Assembly: GCA_025453605.1 (NCBI GenBank)
Contig: JALOPZ010000001.1
Location: forward strand, 276,986 to 340,985
From: Candidatus Margulisiibacteriota bacterium
GTDB lineage: Bacteria > Margulisbacteria > WOR-1 > O2-12-FULL-45-9 > XYB2-FULL-48-7
Length of the DNA: 64,000 nucleotides
Direction of reading: 5' to 3'
Shown here one piece after another: positions 33,895-41,857 of the stretch. The notes beneath the pieces are model-generated. The model had not been told where the DNA came from. It saw only the letters and a program-made list of their open reading frames with translations, and ran no database searches. The position numbers and the translations under genes are program-made. Within the stretch, counting starts at the first letter, position 1. The number at the start of each line of letters is the position of its first letter.

Positions 33895-34918
33895 GCGCCT
33901 TATAATTTTCGGATTAATACTCCTTAATTCGTCATTCGTCATTAGTCATTCGTCATTTGCCTCTCCGGCAGAGCTCCAGCGCGTCGAATGGATGAACGAC
34001 CGCGGTTACGATTACCTCGACATCTACACTACCGGCTACGTCAAGGCCAAGGGCCTGCTGCTGGAAAACAAGCTCTACATCGATCTGCCCGGGACGCGGC
34101 TCGGCCAAAAGATCGCCGTCCCCCGCAAGCGCTCCAAGCGGATCGCCGGGGTCACCGTCGGCCAAAAGGACGCGCAGACCGCCCGCCTGACCATCACGCT
34201 CAAGCGGACGATCGATTACGACATCGTCAACGTTTTTGGCCGCGATAAGTCGGTGATCGAGATCGGCGATCGGCTCGATAACATCTTTGAACGGCAGGTG
34301 GCGGCGGAGAAAGTCTATTTCCGGCAAAAGGCCCGGGCGCTCAAGCCGGTCGAGCTCGCGCCGACCGCCGCCCGGCCGGCGGCCAAATTACGCGGCCGGA
34401 CGATCGTCCTCGATCCCGGCCACGGCGGCGACGATCCCGGCGCCCAGTGCGGCGGCGGCTGGCCGGAAAAAGAGCTGACCCTCGACACCGCCCGGCGCGC
34501 AGCCGACCTCCTGCGCGCCGCCGGCGCCCGCGTCCTGCTGACCCGCAACGAGGACCGCCGCTCGAATCTATACGACGTGGTCGACTTCGCCAACCGGAGC
34601 GGCGCTGACATTTTCGTCTCCATCCATTATAATGCGACTTACAGCGGCGGCATCGCCGGTTCGGAAAGCTACTATTATAATCCGGCCAGCCGTCGTTTTG
34701 CCGCGGTCCTGCACGAAGCGATCGTCCGCGGGCTCGACCGGCGCGACCGGGGGCTCCACCGGGTCGGCTTCTACACGGTCCGCAACGTCCGGATGCCGTC
34801 GGTCCTTTTGGAACCGGCTTACCTGAGCAACCGCGACGAGCATGCTCTGATCAATTCGGCCGCATTCCGGGAAAAGGTCGCCGCGGCGATCGCGCAAGGA
34901 GTGAGCAACTATTTCTGA
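33887..34918 (+). CDS. N-acetylmuramoyl-L-alanine amidase (Amidase_3) with AMIN-like N-terminal domain
   Basis: IVLDPGHGGDDPGA, IFVSIHYNA and LLEPAYLSN catalytic-domain motifs. N-terminal AMIN-like beta domain. Confidence 0.85.
   Translation: MFRRLIIFGLILLNSSFVISHSSFASPAELQRVEWMNDRGYDYLDIYTTGYVKAKGLLLENKLYIDLPGTRLGQKIAVPRKRSKRIAGVTVGQKDAQTARLTITLKRTIDYDIVNVFGRDKSVIEIGDRLDNIFERQVAAEKVYFRQKARALKPVELAPTAARPAAKLRGRTIVLDPGHGGDDPGAQCGGGWPEKELTLDTARRAADLLRAAGARVLLTRNEDRRSNLYDVVDFANRSGADIFVSIHYNATYSGGIAGSESYYYNPASRRFAAVLHEAIVRGLDRRDRGLHRVGFYTVRNVRMPSVLLEPAYLSNRDEHALINSAAFREKVAAAIAQGVSNYF
33928..33958. repeat. heptamer array TTCGTCA TTCGTCA TTAGTCA TTCGTCA TTT
   Basis: Read directly. Encodes SSFVISHSSFAS in the amidase signal peptide. 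Confidence 0.8.
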
Positions 34919-35798
34919 AGTCACTTATATCCGTCACGTTTCCGCCGACCGGATCGCCGCCAAGAGCGGCGGCAAGGTCGAGGATCACCGGCTCCCCCCA
35001 TCGTCCCCGATCGGGATCTTTGATTCCGGCGTCGGTGGGCTAACCGTTTACCGCGAAATATTACGGCAGCTCCCGCACGAGGATGTCGTTTATCTGGCCG
35101 ACACCGCCCGCGTCCCTTACGGCGGCCGCCCGCCGGAAGAGATCGTCCGGTTCAACGAAGAGATCATCCCTTATCTGATCGACAAGCACGGGGTCAAACT
35201 GATCATCATGGCCTGCGGCACTTCTTCGGCGCTCGCTTATCCGGTCCTCAAAGAGCGCTACAAGGTCCAGCTGATCAGCCTGATCGAACCGGGCGCCCAG
35301 GCCGCCGTCACCGCTTCCCGCTCCGGCCGGATCGGCCTGATCGCCACCGCCGGCACCGTCAACTCCGGCGCCTACCAGCGCCAGATCGCGGCGCTAAAAA
35401 AAGAGGCGCTCGTTTTTGCCGAAGCCTGCCCGCTTTTTGTCCCGCTGATCGAAGGGGGCTTTGTCGAAGCCGACGAGACGCGGCGCGTCGCTAAAGAATA
35501 TCTCAAGCCGCTCCTTAGCGAACAGATCGACACCCTGATCCTCGGCTGCACCCACTATCCGCACTTGCAGAAGATCTTGCGCGAGCGGACGGGGCCTGGC
35601 GTCGTTTTCGTCGACCCGGCAGAGAGCGCGGTGGCGGAAGCGAGAAAGCTGCTGGAAAAAGCGGGGACGATCAAGGGGAAGAATTCCCCGGCCCCCAAAC
35701 ACGAGTTCCTGATCACCGGCCCGGTCCTCCAGTTCCAGGAGATCGGCTCCCGCCTCCTGGGCAAACCGATCACCCACGCCAAACATGTTATAATATGA
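34911..35798 (+). CDS. murI: glutamate racemase (start codon uncertain, non-canonical)
   Basis: The conserved N-terminal IGIFDSGVGGLTV (nt 35010-) lies upstream of the first ATG (35208). The frame is open back to TGA 34902. ATT 34911 is preceded by AAGGAG. Later motifs: MACGTSS and GCTHYP. Confidence 0.75.
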   Translation: MSEVTYIRHVSADRIAAKSGGKVEDHRLPPSSPIGIFDSGVGGLTVYREILRQLPHEDVVYLADTARVPYGGRPPEEIVRFNEEIIPYLIDKHGVKLIIMACGTSSALAYPVLKERYKVQLISLIEPGAQAAVTASRSGRIGLIATAGTVNSGAYQRQIAALKKEALVFAEACPLFVPLIEGGFVEADETRRVAKEYLKPLLSEQIDTLILGCTHYPHLQKILRERTGPGVVFVDPAESAVAEARKLLEKAGTIKGKNSPAPKHEFLITGPVLQFQEIGSRLLGKPITHAKHVII

Positions 35799-36154
35799 CC
35801 ATGTTTGAGTTGATGGTCGAAGAAACTTTTGACGCCGCTCACGCCCTGCGCGGCTACGAAGGGGCTTGCGAGAACCTGCACGGCCACACCTGGCGGGTCC
35901 AGGTTTTCCTCAAAGGGACCAAGCTCAATAAGATCGGACTGATGGAAGATTTTAAGGTCATCCGCAAAGGGCTGGCCGACGTTATCAGGCCGTTCGACCA
36001 TAAGCTCCTCAACGATGTCGCCCCATTCCTGCTCAGAAACCCGACCTCGGAGAACCTGGCGGAGACGATCTTCCGTCAGCTCAAGAAAAAGTTCAAGGCG
36101 GTCGCCAAAGTCACCGTCTGGGAATCGCCCACCACCTGCGCCAGCTATTACTGA
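35795..36154 (+). CDS. queD: 6-carboxy-5,6,7,8-tetrahydropterin synthase
   Basis: FDAAHAL...CENLHGHTW zinc/catalytic motif. 119 aa. Overlaps the murI stop. Confidence 0.85.
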   Translation: MTMFELMVEETFDAAHALRGYEGACENLHGHTWRVQVFLKGTKLNKIGLMEDFKVIRKGLADVIRPFDHKLLNDVAPFLLRNPTSENLAETIFRQLKKKFKAVAKVTVWESPTTCASYY

Positions 36155-36247
36155 CCCGGCCACCCTCCCCCTTTCCGATGTTATGATCCGGAATATAAAT
36201 AAGTGAAAGTGGACAGAATATATCTTATGAGACACAACAAACCGGGT

Positions 36248-36277
36248 TTGCTGCCCTGGCCAAATCTCTGTTATAAT
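36248..36277 (+). promoter_or_regulatory. sigma-70 promoter TTGCTG-N18-TATAAT placed 7 nt from the mdh ATG (leaderless)
   Basis: TTGCTGccctggccaaatctctgtTATAATcagcatcATG. Confidence 0.5.
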
Positions 36278-36284
36278 CAGCATC

Positions 36285-37208
36285 ATGAAGCCAAAAGTGA
36301 CGGTGGTCGGGGCCGGTAATGTCGGGGCGCAGTGCGCCTACCGGCTGGCCCAGCGCGGGGCCGCCGACGTCACGCTGATCGACGTGGTCGAAGGGCTGCC
36401 GCAGGGGAAAGCGCTCGACATGTCTCAGGCCGGCGCGGTCGACGGCTTTGACGCGCTGATCACCGGGACCAATAACTACGCCGACACCAAAGAGTCGGCC
36501 GTCGTCGTCATCACCGCCGGTTTGGCCCGCAAACCAGGGATGTCCCGCGACGACCTGATCGGCAAGAACGCGGCGATCATGAAGAGCGTGGTCGAGAACA
36601 GCGTCAAACATTCTCCGCACGCCGTCCTCCTGATCGTCACCAACCCGCTCGACGTAATGACCCACTATGCCCGCAGGATATCAGGATATCCGGCTAATAG
36701 GGTATTAGGCATGGCCCCGCTTCTTGACGCCGCCCGAATGCAGTATTTCATCGCCGACACCTGCAAGTGCTCGATCAAGGACGTTTACGCCGAAGTGCTG
36801 GGGAGCCACGGCGACCTGATGGTCCCGGTCCCCCGCCTCTCGACGGTTAAGGGGAAGCCGATCACCGAACTGCTGACCGCCGAACAGATCAAAGCGATCG
36901 TCGATAAAACGACGAACGGCGGCGCGGAGATCGTCGCCCTGCTCAAGAGCGGCTCCGCCTACTACGCCCCCGGTTCGGCTGCCGCCGCCATGGCCGAAGC
37001 GATCGTCACCGACAGCAAAAAGGTGATCAGCAGCTGCGTCCAGCTGAGCGGCCAGTACGGGATCAAGAACGTTTATCTCGGCGCCCCGGCTAAACTGGGT
37101 AAAGCCGGCGTGGAGGAGGTCCTGGAGATCGAGCTGACCGCCGCGGAAAAAGGCGCCCTGCAAAACGCCGCCCAAGCGGTACAGGCGCTCTACCCGGTCC
37201 TCCCTTAG
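36285..37208 (+). CDS. mdh: malate dehydrogenase (LDH-like family)
   Basis: VVGAGNVG Rossmann motif, ITAGLARKPGMSRDDL, and LGSHGD active-site region. Confidence 0.9.
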   Translation: MKPKVTVVGAGNVGAQCAYRLAQRGAADVTLIDVVEGLPQGKALDMSQAGAVDGFDALITGTNNYADTKESAVVVITAGLARKPGMSRDDLIGKNAAIMKSVVENSVKHSPHAVLLIVTNPLDVMTHYARRISGYPANRVLGMAPLLDAARMQYFIADTCKCSIKDVYAEVLGSHGDLMVPVPRLSTVKGKPITELLTAEQIKAIVDKTTNGGAEIVALLKSGSAYYAPGSAAAAMAEAIVTDSKKVISSCVQLSGQYGIKNVYLGAPAKLGKAGVEEVLEIELTAAEKGALQNAAQAVQALYPVLP

Positions 37209-37212
37209 TTCT

Positions 37213-38055
37213 ATGCGCGAACTGACAACCAGTCAAATAACGGCCGCGGTCCAGGCGCTCTGCCTCGAGGCCAATACCTGCCTGGGCGAAGATGTTAAGG
37301 CGGCGCTTAGCGAAGCGCTAAAATACGAAACCTCTCCCGACGCCCGGGAACTCCTCCGCCAGATCAGCCAGAATGCCGAGGTTGCCCGGCACGAAAAGCT
37401 CCCCCTCTGCCAGGATACCGGCACCGCCGTCGTTTTTGTTGAGTTCGGCCAGGAAGTCCACCTGACCGGCGGAACGCTGGCCGAGGCGGTCAACGAAGGG
37501 GTCCGTCAGGGTTACCAGGCCGGACTGCTCCGTAAGTCGATCGCCGCCGATCCGTTAAAACGGGGGAACACCGGCGATAACACGCCGGCGATCGTTCACC
37601 TCGAGCTTGTCCCGGGCGACCAGGTCAAGATCGGCCTCCTCTGCAAAGGGGGGGGCGCGGAGAACAAGAGCGCTGTCCGGATGTTCACGCCGACCACCCC
37701 GGTCAAAGAGATCGAAGACTTCGTCCTGGAGACGATCAAGCAGGCCGGGCCGGACGCCTGTCCGCCGCTGATCGTCGGGATCGGGATCGGCGGGAATTTC
37801 GACTCCGTCACCCTGCTCGCCAAGAAAGCCCTCCTCCGGACCGTCGGTCAGCACCACAGCGCTGCCGATATCGCCGAAATGGAAAAGTCGCTTTTCGACC
37901 AGGCTAACAAGCTCGGGATCGGCCCGATGGGGCTGGGCGGCCGGACAACCGTCCTGGCCGTCAACATCGAACGCCGCCCCTGCCACATCTCTTCCCTACC
38001 GGTCGCCGTGAACATTGAATGTCATGCCCATCGCTATAAACACACCGTTATCTGA
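37213..38055 (+). CDS. class I (Fe-S) fumarate hydratase / tartrate dehydratase, alpha subunit
   Basis: LCQDTGTAVVFVE motif and GGGAENKS. 280 aa. Adjacent to mdh and the beta subunit. Confidence 0.85.
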   Translation: MRELTTSQITAAVQALCLEANTCLGEDVKAALSEALKYETSPDARELLRQISQNAEVARHEKLPLCQDTGTAVVFVEFGQEVHLTGGTLAEAVNEGVRQGYQAGLLRKSIAADPLKRGNTGDNTPAIVHLELVPGDQVKIGLLCKGGGAENKSAVRMFTPTTPVKEIEDFVLETIKQAGPDACPPLIVGIGIGGNFDSVTLLAKKALLRTVGQHHSAADIAEMEKSLFDQANKLGIGPMGLGGRTTVLAVNIERRPCHISSLPVAVNIECHAHRYKHTVI

Positions 38056-38542
38056 TAAAGTTGTCGCCAAACTGAAAGCGGGCGATCGGGTCCTGCTCAG
38101 CGGGACCATCTATACCGCGCGCGACGCGGCGCACGCCCGGTTCGGCGACCGGCCGCCGTTCGACCTGAAAGGGGCAGTTATTTTCTACGCTTCACCGACG
38201 CCGACCCCACCCGGCCGGGTGATCGGCTCGCTCGGGCCGACGACCAGCTCGCGGATGGACGCTTTCACCCCGCCTCTTTTAGCCAAGGGTTTAACGGGGA
38301 TGATCGGCAAAGGACGGCGGAGCAAGACAGTTGTCGCCGCGATCAAACAGCATAAAGCGGTCTACTTTGTCGTTCCGGGCGGCATTGCCGCTCTCCTCTC
38401 CCAACACGTCAAGAAAGCCGAGGTCCTAGCCTACCCTGAGCTCGGCGCCGAAGCCGTCCACGAGCTCATGGTCGAAAACCTGCCGGTCATCGTCGCCATC
38501 GACAGCAAAGGAAACGATCTTTTTGAAAAAACTGCTGGCTAG
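38024..38542 (+). CDS. class I (Fe-S) fumarate hydratase / tartrate dehydratase, beta subunit
   Basis: GTIYTARDAAH and GPTTSSRMD motifs. ATG 38024 (or TTG 38015) overlaps the alpha-subunit end. Confidence 0.85.
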   Translation: MPIAINTPLSDKVVAKLKAGDRVLLSGTIYTARDAAHARFGDRPPFDLKGAVIFYASPTPTPPGRVIGSLGPTTSSRMDAFTPPLLAKGLTGMIGKGRRSKTVVAAIKQHKAVYFVVPGGIAALLSQHVKKAEVLAYPELGAEAVHELMVENLPVIVAIDSKGNDLFEKTAG

Positions 38543-39287
38543 CCTGTTCCTCCTGCTGCTGGTCGGGACCGCGGGAGCCAAGGAATACGACGGAATTTGG
38601 TTTCTCGGGTTCAACACCGAGCGCGAACCGTTTAACAACCTCAAGGTCCGCCAGGCGGTCGCCCACGCGCTCGATAAAGAGTATATCGCCCGAACGATCG
38701 TCAAGGACGACATCGTCCCCGCCGATTTTATCCCGCCCGGCCTGCCCGGCTACGATCCGGCTCTCCGGCCTTATAAGTTCAATCCTAAATATGCCCGCAC
38801 GCTCCTGCAGCGGGCCAAGTATCCGCCCACTGACCCCCGGCTGAAGGGGCTAACGCTCCTCCACACTGACGGCGACCAGACAGTTGCCATCGCCCGGCAG
38901 ATCGTGGCCGACCTAAAAGAGATCGGCCTCAAGGTCGAGCCGGTCATGGTCAGCTATCGCGATCAAGAGCGCTGGAACCGGGAGCTCGCTTCCGGTCAAC
39001 ACCCGCTCTTCCTGCTGGGGTACAAAGCCGATAGTGATGAGCTCTTTACCGCCGAGGTCTCCGCCGCCGACACCGACAGCGGCCAGCTGCTCAGCCCGCT
39101 CTTTCAGGCGGGCGGCCCGGCCAATTTCGGCCGTTTTAGCGACCCGACGCTCAACATGTACTTTGATCAGCTCTCGGTGATCAGCCCGGCGCTGGGCGGC
39201 GCACGGGAGAGCAAGCTGCGCGCGATCGGCCGCCTCCTTTACAAACAGCTCCCGGCGATCGTCCTGTTCTACATCGAAAAGCTATGA
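38523..39287 (+). CDS. short secreted protein resembling only the C-terminal half of family-5 ABC substrate-binding proteins
   Basis: TTG start with signal peptide MKKLLASLFLLLLVGTAGA. The FNTEREPFNNLKVRQAVAHALDKE...PGLPGYDP region looks SBP_bac_5-like. No permease or ATPase genes nearby. Confidence 0.5.
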   Translation: MKKLLASLFLLLLVGTAGAKEYDGIWFLGFNTEREPFNNLKVRQAVAHALDKEYIARTIVKDDIVPADFIPPGLPGYDPALRPYKFNPKYARTLLQRAKYPPTDPRLKGLTLLHTDGDQTVAIARQIVADLKEIGLKVEPVMVSYRDQERWNRELASGQHPLFLLGYKADSDELFTAEVSAADTDSGQLLSPLFQAGGPANFGRFSDPTLNMYFDQLSVISPALGGARESKLRAIGRLLYKQLPAIVLFYIEKL

Positions 39288-39508
39288 AAGATTCGATCGA
39301 CGTTTTCCTGAAAGTCAAAAAAGAGGATATTTACCTGATCTGCCCGTTCTTTGAGTCATTCGAGGGGCTGGCGGCGATCCGGACACCGCGGCCGGCCGAA
39401 GGGCCATATGCCACTTTAAAACTGATGGTGGCGCCCGACCTGCAGGCGGACTTTGACCGGGTCCTGGCCGGTCTGCAAAAACATGTTCAACTTGAACGCC
39501 TTAATTGA
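39284..39508 (+). CDS. DUF4911-like small protein
   Basis: 74 aa. The pattern IDVFLKVKKEDIYLICPFFESFEGLAAIRT resembles DUF4911, from memory only. Confidence 0.45.
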   Translation: MKDSIDVFLKVKKEDIYLICPFFESFEGLAAIRTPRPAEGPYATLKLMVAPDLQADFDRVLAGLQKHVQLERLN

Positions 39509-40007
39509 AAAATGCCGGCCCGGGCTGATCGTCCGCGATATCCGGGAGATCGATTTCCGCTCGCTCAAAGCGCGCGGGATCAACGCGCTGATCTTTGATA
39601 TTGACGACACCCTCCTGCCGCGCGCGGTCAATGACATCTCACCCGATCTATTCGAGCGGATCGCCACGCTCAAGCAGGAAGGGTTTCGGCTCTGCCTGAC
39701 GAGCAACAGCCGCCACCCCCTCCGGGTGAAGTATATCGGGAAAACGCTCGGCGTCCCGGCCATCTCTTTCGGCTTTAAGCCGCTCCCCTTTGCCTTCCGC
39801 CGCTCACTGGAGATCCTGCAGGCCGAACCGGCCGAAACGGCAATGATCGGCGACCAATTGTTCATGGATATTCTGGGCGCTAATTTGGTCGGGCTGTATT
39901 CGATCTTCGTCTGGCATAAGATCCCGGAAAGTTTTGCGCCGCGGATTTGGATGAGGGAGGCGGAGAACCGGGTCCTTTCTAAACTAGGCTTTTCAGCGCT
40001 TCCCTGA
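39483..40007 (+). CDS. HAD-IIIA phosphatase, YqeG-like
   Basis: DxDxT motif FDIDDTL, LTSNS, and GDQLFMDI. Confidence 0.7.
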   Translation: MFNLNALIEKCRPGLIVRDIREIDFRSLKARGINALIFDIDDTLLPRAVNDISPDLFERIATLKQEGFRLCLTSNSRHPLRVKYIGKTLGVPAISFGFKPLPFAFRRSLEILQAEPAETAMIGDQLFMDILGANLVGLYSIFVWHKIPESFAPRIWMREAENRVLSKLGFSALP

Positions 40008-40575
40008 GCACCGCTTCCACGGTGGTCAGCGTCTCCGTCTTGATCTTCAAGATCGACTCGCGCGCCTCTTTGGGCGAATAGCCGAGGGCGATCAGCGCGG
40101 CGATCGAATCGGAGATCAGCGCGTTCTCCCCCTTGATCCCCGCCGCCATCGCCGCCGGCTGGACCGCATAGGTCTTACCGATCTTCTCCTTGAGCTCCAC
40201 GATGATCAATTCCGCTTTCTTGCGGCCGACGCCGGAGATCGACGAAAGCATCGCGACATCCCCCTGGGCGATCCCGGCGACGAGCCGGTCGAGCGGGAAA
40301 CCGGAGAGGAGCGCCATCGCCATCTTGGGGCCGATCCCGGAAACGGAGAGGAGAAGGTTAAAGAGCGCCCGTTCTTCCTTGTTCAGAAAGCCGTAGAGCG
40401 AAATATCGTCTTCGCGGACGATCTGACTGGTGAACAGTTTGACCCGGGAGCCGACCTGCGGCAACCGCGCGAGGACGGCCGCCGGAACGTTGACCTTGTA
40501 GCCGATGTCGTTGACCTCGATCACCACGTGGTTCTGGTCGATGTGTTCGAGCTTTCCCTGGAGATGGGCGATCAT
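39979..40575 (-). CDS. ruvA: Holliday junction branch-migration complex subunit RuvA
   Basis: MIAHLQGKL...IGYKVNVP N-terminus, helix-hairpin-helix pair (SGIGPKMA, GVGRKKAE), and C-terminal domain III. Confidence 0.9.
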   Translation of the reverse strand: MIAHLQGKLEHIDQNHVVIEVNDIGYKVNVPAAVLARLPQVGSRVKLFTSQIVREDDISLYGFLNKEERALFNLLLSVSGIGPKMAMALLSGFPLDRLVAGIAQGDVAMLSSISGVGRKKAELIIVELKEKIGKTYAVQPAAMAAGIKGENALISDSIAALIALGYSPKEARESILKIKTETLTTVEAVLREALKSLV

Positions 40576-41066
40576 GCAGAGAGGGCGACTCTGGTCATCT
40601 TATGGGAGTGAAGGTGGCAGATCGCGACCGCCAGGGCGTCGGCGGCGTCATCGGGCCGGGGGACTTCGGGCATCTTGAGGAGTAATTTGACCATCTGCTG
40701 GATCTGTTTTTTCTCCGCTTTACCGTAACCGGTCACCGCCACTTTAACCTCCAGCGGGGTATACTCGATGACCGGCACGCCGCACTCGGCGGCCGTCAAC
40801 AGAACGATCCCCCGCGCCTGGGCGACGGCGATCGCCGTCTTGGTATTGGTCCCGAAGAAGAGCCGCTCCACCGCCATATGGGTCGGTTTGTGGGTTGCGA
40901 TCAGTTGCTTGATCTCGGCGTGGATCTTGCGCAGGCGGTCCTGGGTCGATTCCTTGGGGGTGGTAGTTATAACGCCGCAACTGACATGGGCAAGCTTATC
41001 TGCCTGCTGGCGAACCAGGCCGAAGCCGGTGGTAGCTGTTCCGGGGTCGATACCCAGGGTAAGCAT
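40572..41066 (-). CDS. ruvC: crossover junction endodeoxyribonuclease RuvC
   Basis: MLTLGIDPGTATTGFG N-terminus, catalytic acidic residues, and ...DAADALAVAICH. ATG 41066 fits the leaderless promoter. Confidence 0.9.
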   Translation of the reverse strand: MLTLGIDPGTATTGFGLVRQQADKLAHVSCGVITTTPKESTQDRLRKIHAEIKQLIATHKPTHMAVERLFFGTNTKTAIAVAQARGIVLLTAAECGVPVIEYTPLEVKVAVTGYGKAEKKQIQQMVKLLLKMPEVPRPDDAADALAVAICHLHSHKMTRVALSA

Positions 41067-41073
41067 TGGGGTC

Positions 41074-41079
41074 ATTATA
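41074..41079 (-). promoter_or_regulatory. extended -10 TGcTATAAT placed 7 nt from the ruvC ATG (leaderless)
   Basis: Minus-strand read: gTGcTATAATgaccccaATG. Confidence 0.45.
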
Positions 41080-41115
41080 GCACATTTCGGCCGAACCGGC
41101 ACCCTCTAACTATGA

Positions 41116-41121
41116 TAAAAT
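41116..41121 (+). promoter_or_regulatory. extended -10 TGaTAAAAT placed 7 nt from the coaX ATG (leaderless)
   Basis: taTGaTAAAATtggtcatATG. Confidence 0.45.
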
Positions 41122-41128
41122 TGGTCAT

Positions 41129-41857
41129 ATGCTGCTTGTTATTGACGTCGGGAATACCAGCACCGCCTTTGGCCTTTTCCGGGGGGTCAGGTTAGTTAAG
41201 ACCTGGCGGGTGGCGACGGAGAGACTATCAGACCACCAGAATATCAGCTGGAGAGGGTCAGAAGGTCAGAGGATCAGAGAGGTCCGAGTCGCGTCGGTCG
41301 TCCCTAAAGCGAACAAGGCGCTCAAACGGCAGTTCCCTCAGGCCAAGTTCATCAATTACCAGGATATTGGGATCAAGATCAAGGTGAAAAAGCCGGCCGA
41401 AGTCGGGATCGACCGGCTGGTCGACGCGCTGGCCGCGGTCAAGCTGTACGGGGCCCCGGCGATCATCGTCGACTTTGGCACCGCCACCACCTTTGACGTC
41501 GTCTCCGCCAAGAGCGAATATCTGGGCGGAGCGATCGCTCCCGGGATCATGCTCTCCCGCGACATTCTGCACGAACGGACCGCTAAACTCCCTCGGATCA
41601 GGATCGCCGCCCCCCGCCACGTCGTCGGCCGGAGCACGGTCGAGGCGCTGCAGAGCGGCCTGATCTTCGGTTACGTCGCCATGGTCGAAGGGATGATCAA
41701 GCGGATCAAGCATTCCCGTTACCCGTTACCCGTTACCCGTTACAAGGTCATCGCCACCGGCGGGCTGGCGCGGTTGATTTGTAAAGAGACCGACGTTATT
41801 GATATAATTGACGATAACTTGACCCTGTACGGATTATTGTTATGTCAGAAGAACTAA
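41129..41857 (+). CDS. coaX: type III pantothenate kinase
   Basis: MLLVIDVGNTSTAFGLF, VDFGTATTFD and ATGG motifs. Confidence 0.9.
   Translation: MLLVIDVGNTSTAFGLFRGVRLVKTWRVATERLSDHQNISWRGSEGQRIREVRVASVVPKANKALKRQFPQAKFINYQDIGIKIKVKKPAEVGIDRLVDALAAVKLYGAPAIIVDFGTATTFDVVSAKSEYLGGAIAPGIMLSRDILHERTAKLPRIRIAAPRHVVGRSTVEALQSGLIFGYVAMVEGMIKRIKHSRYPLPVTRYKVIATGGLARLICKETDVIDIIDDNLTLYGLLLCQKN
41715..41743. repeat. heptamer array CCCGTTA x4 inside coaX
   Basis: Read directly. Encodes SRYPLPVTRYK just before the conserved ATGG motif. Confidence 0.85.
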
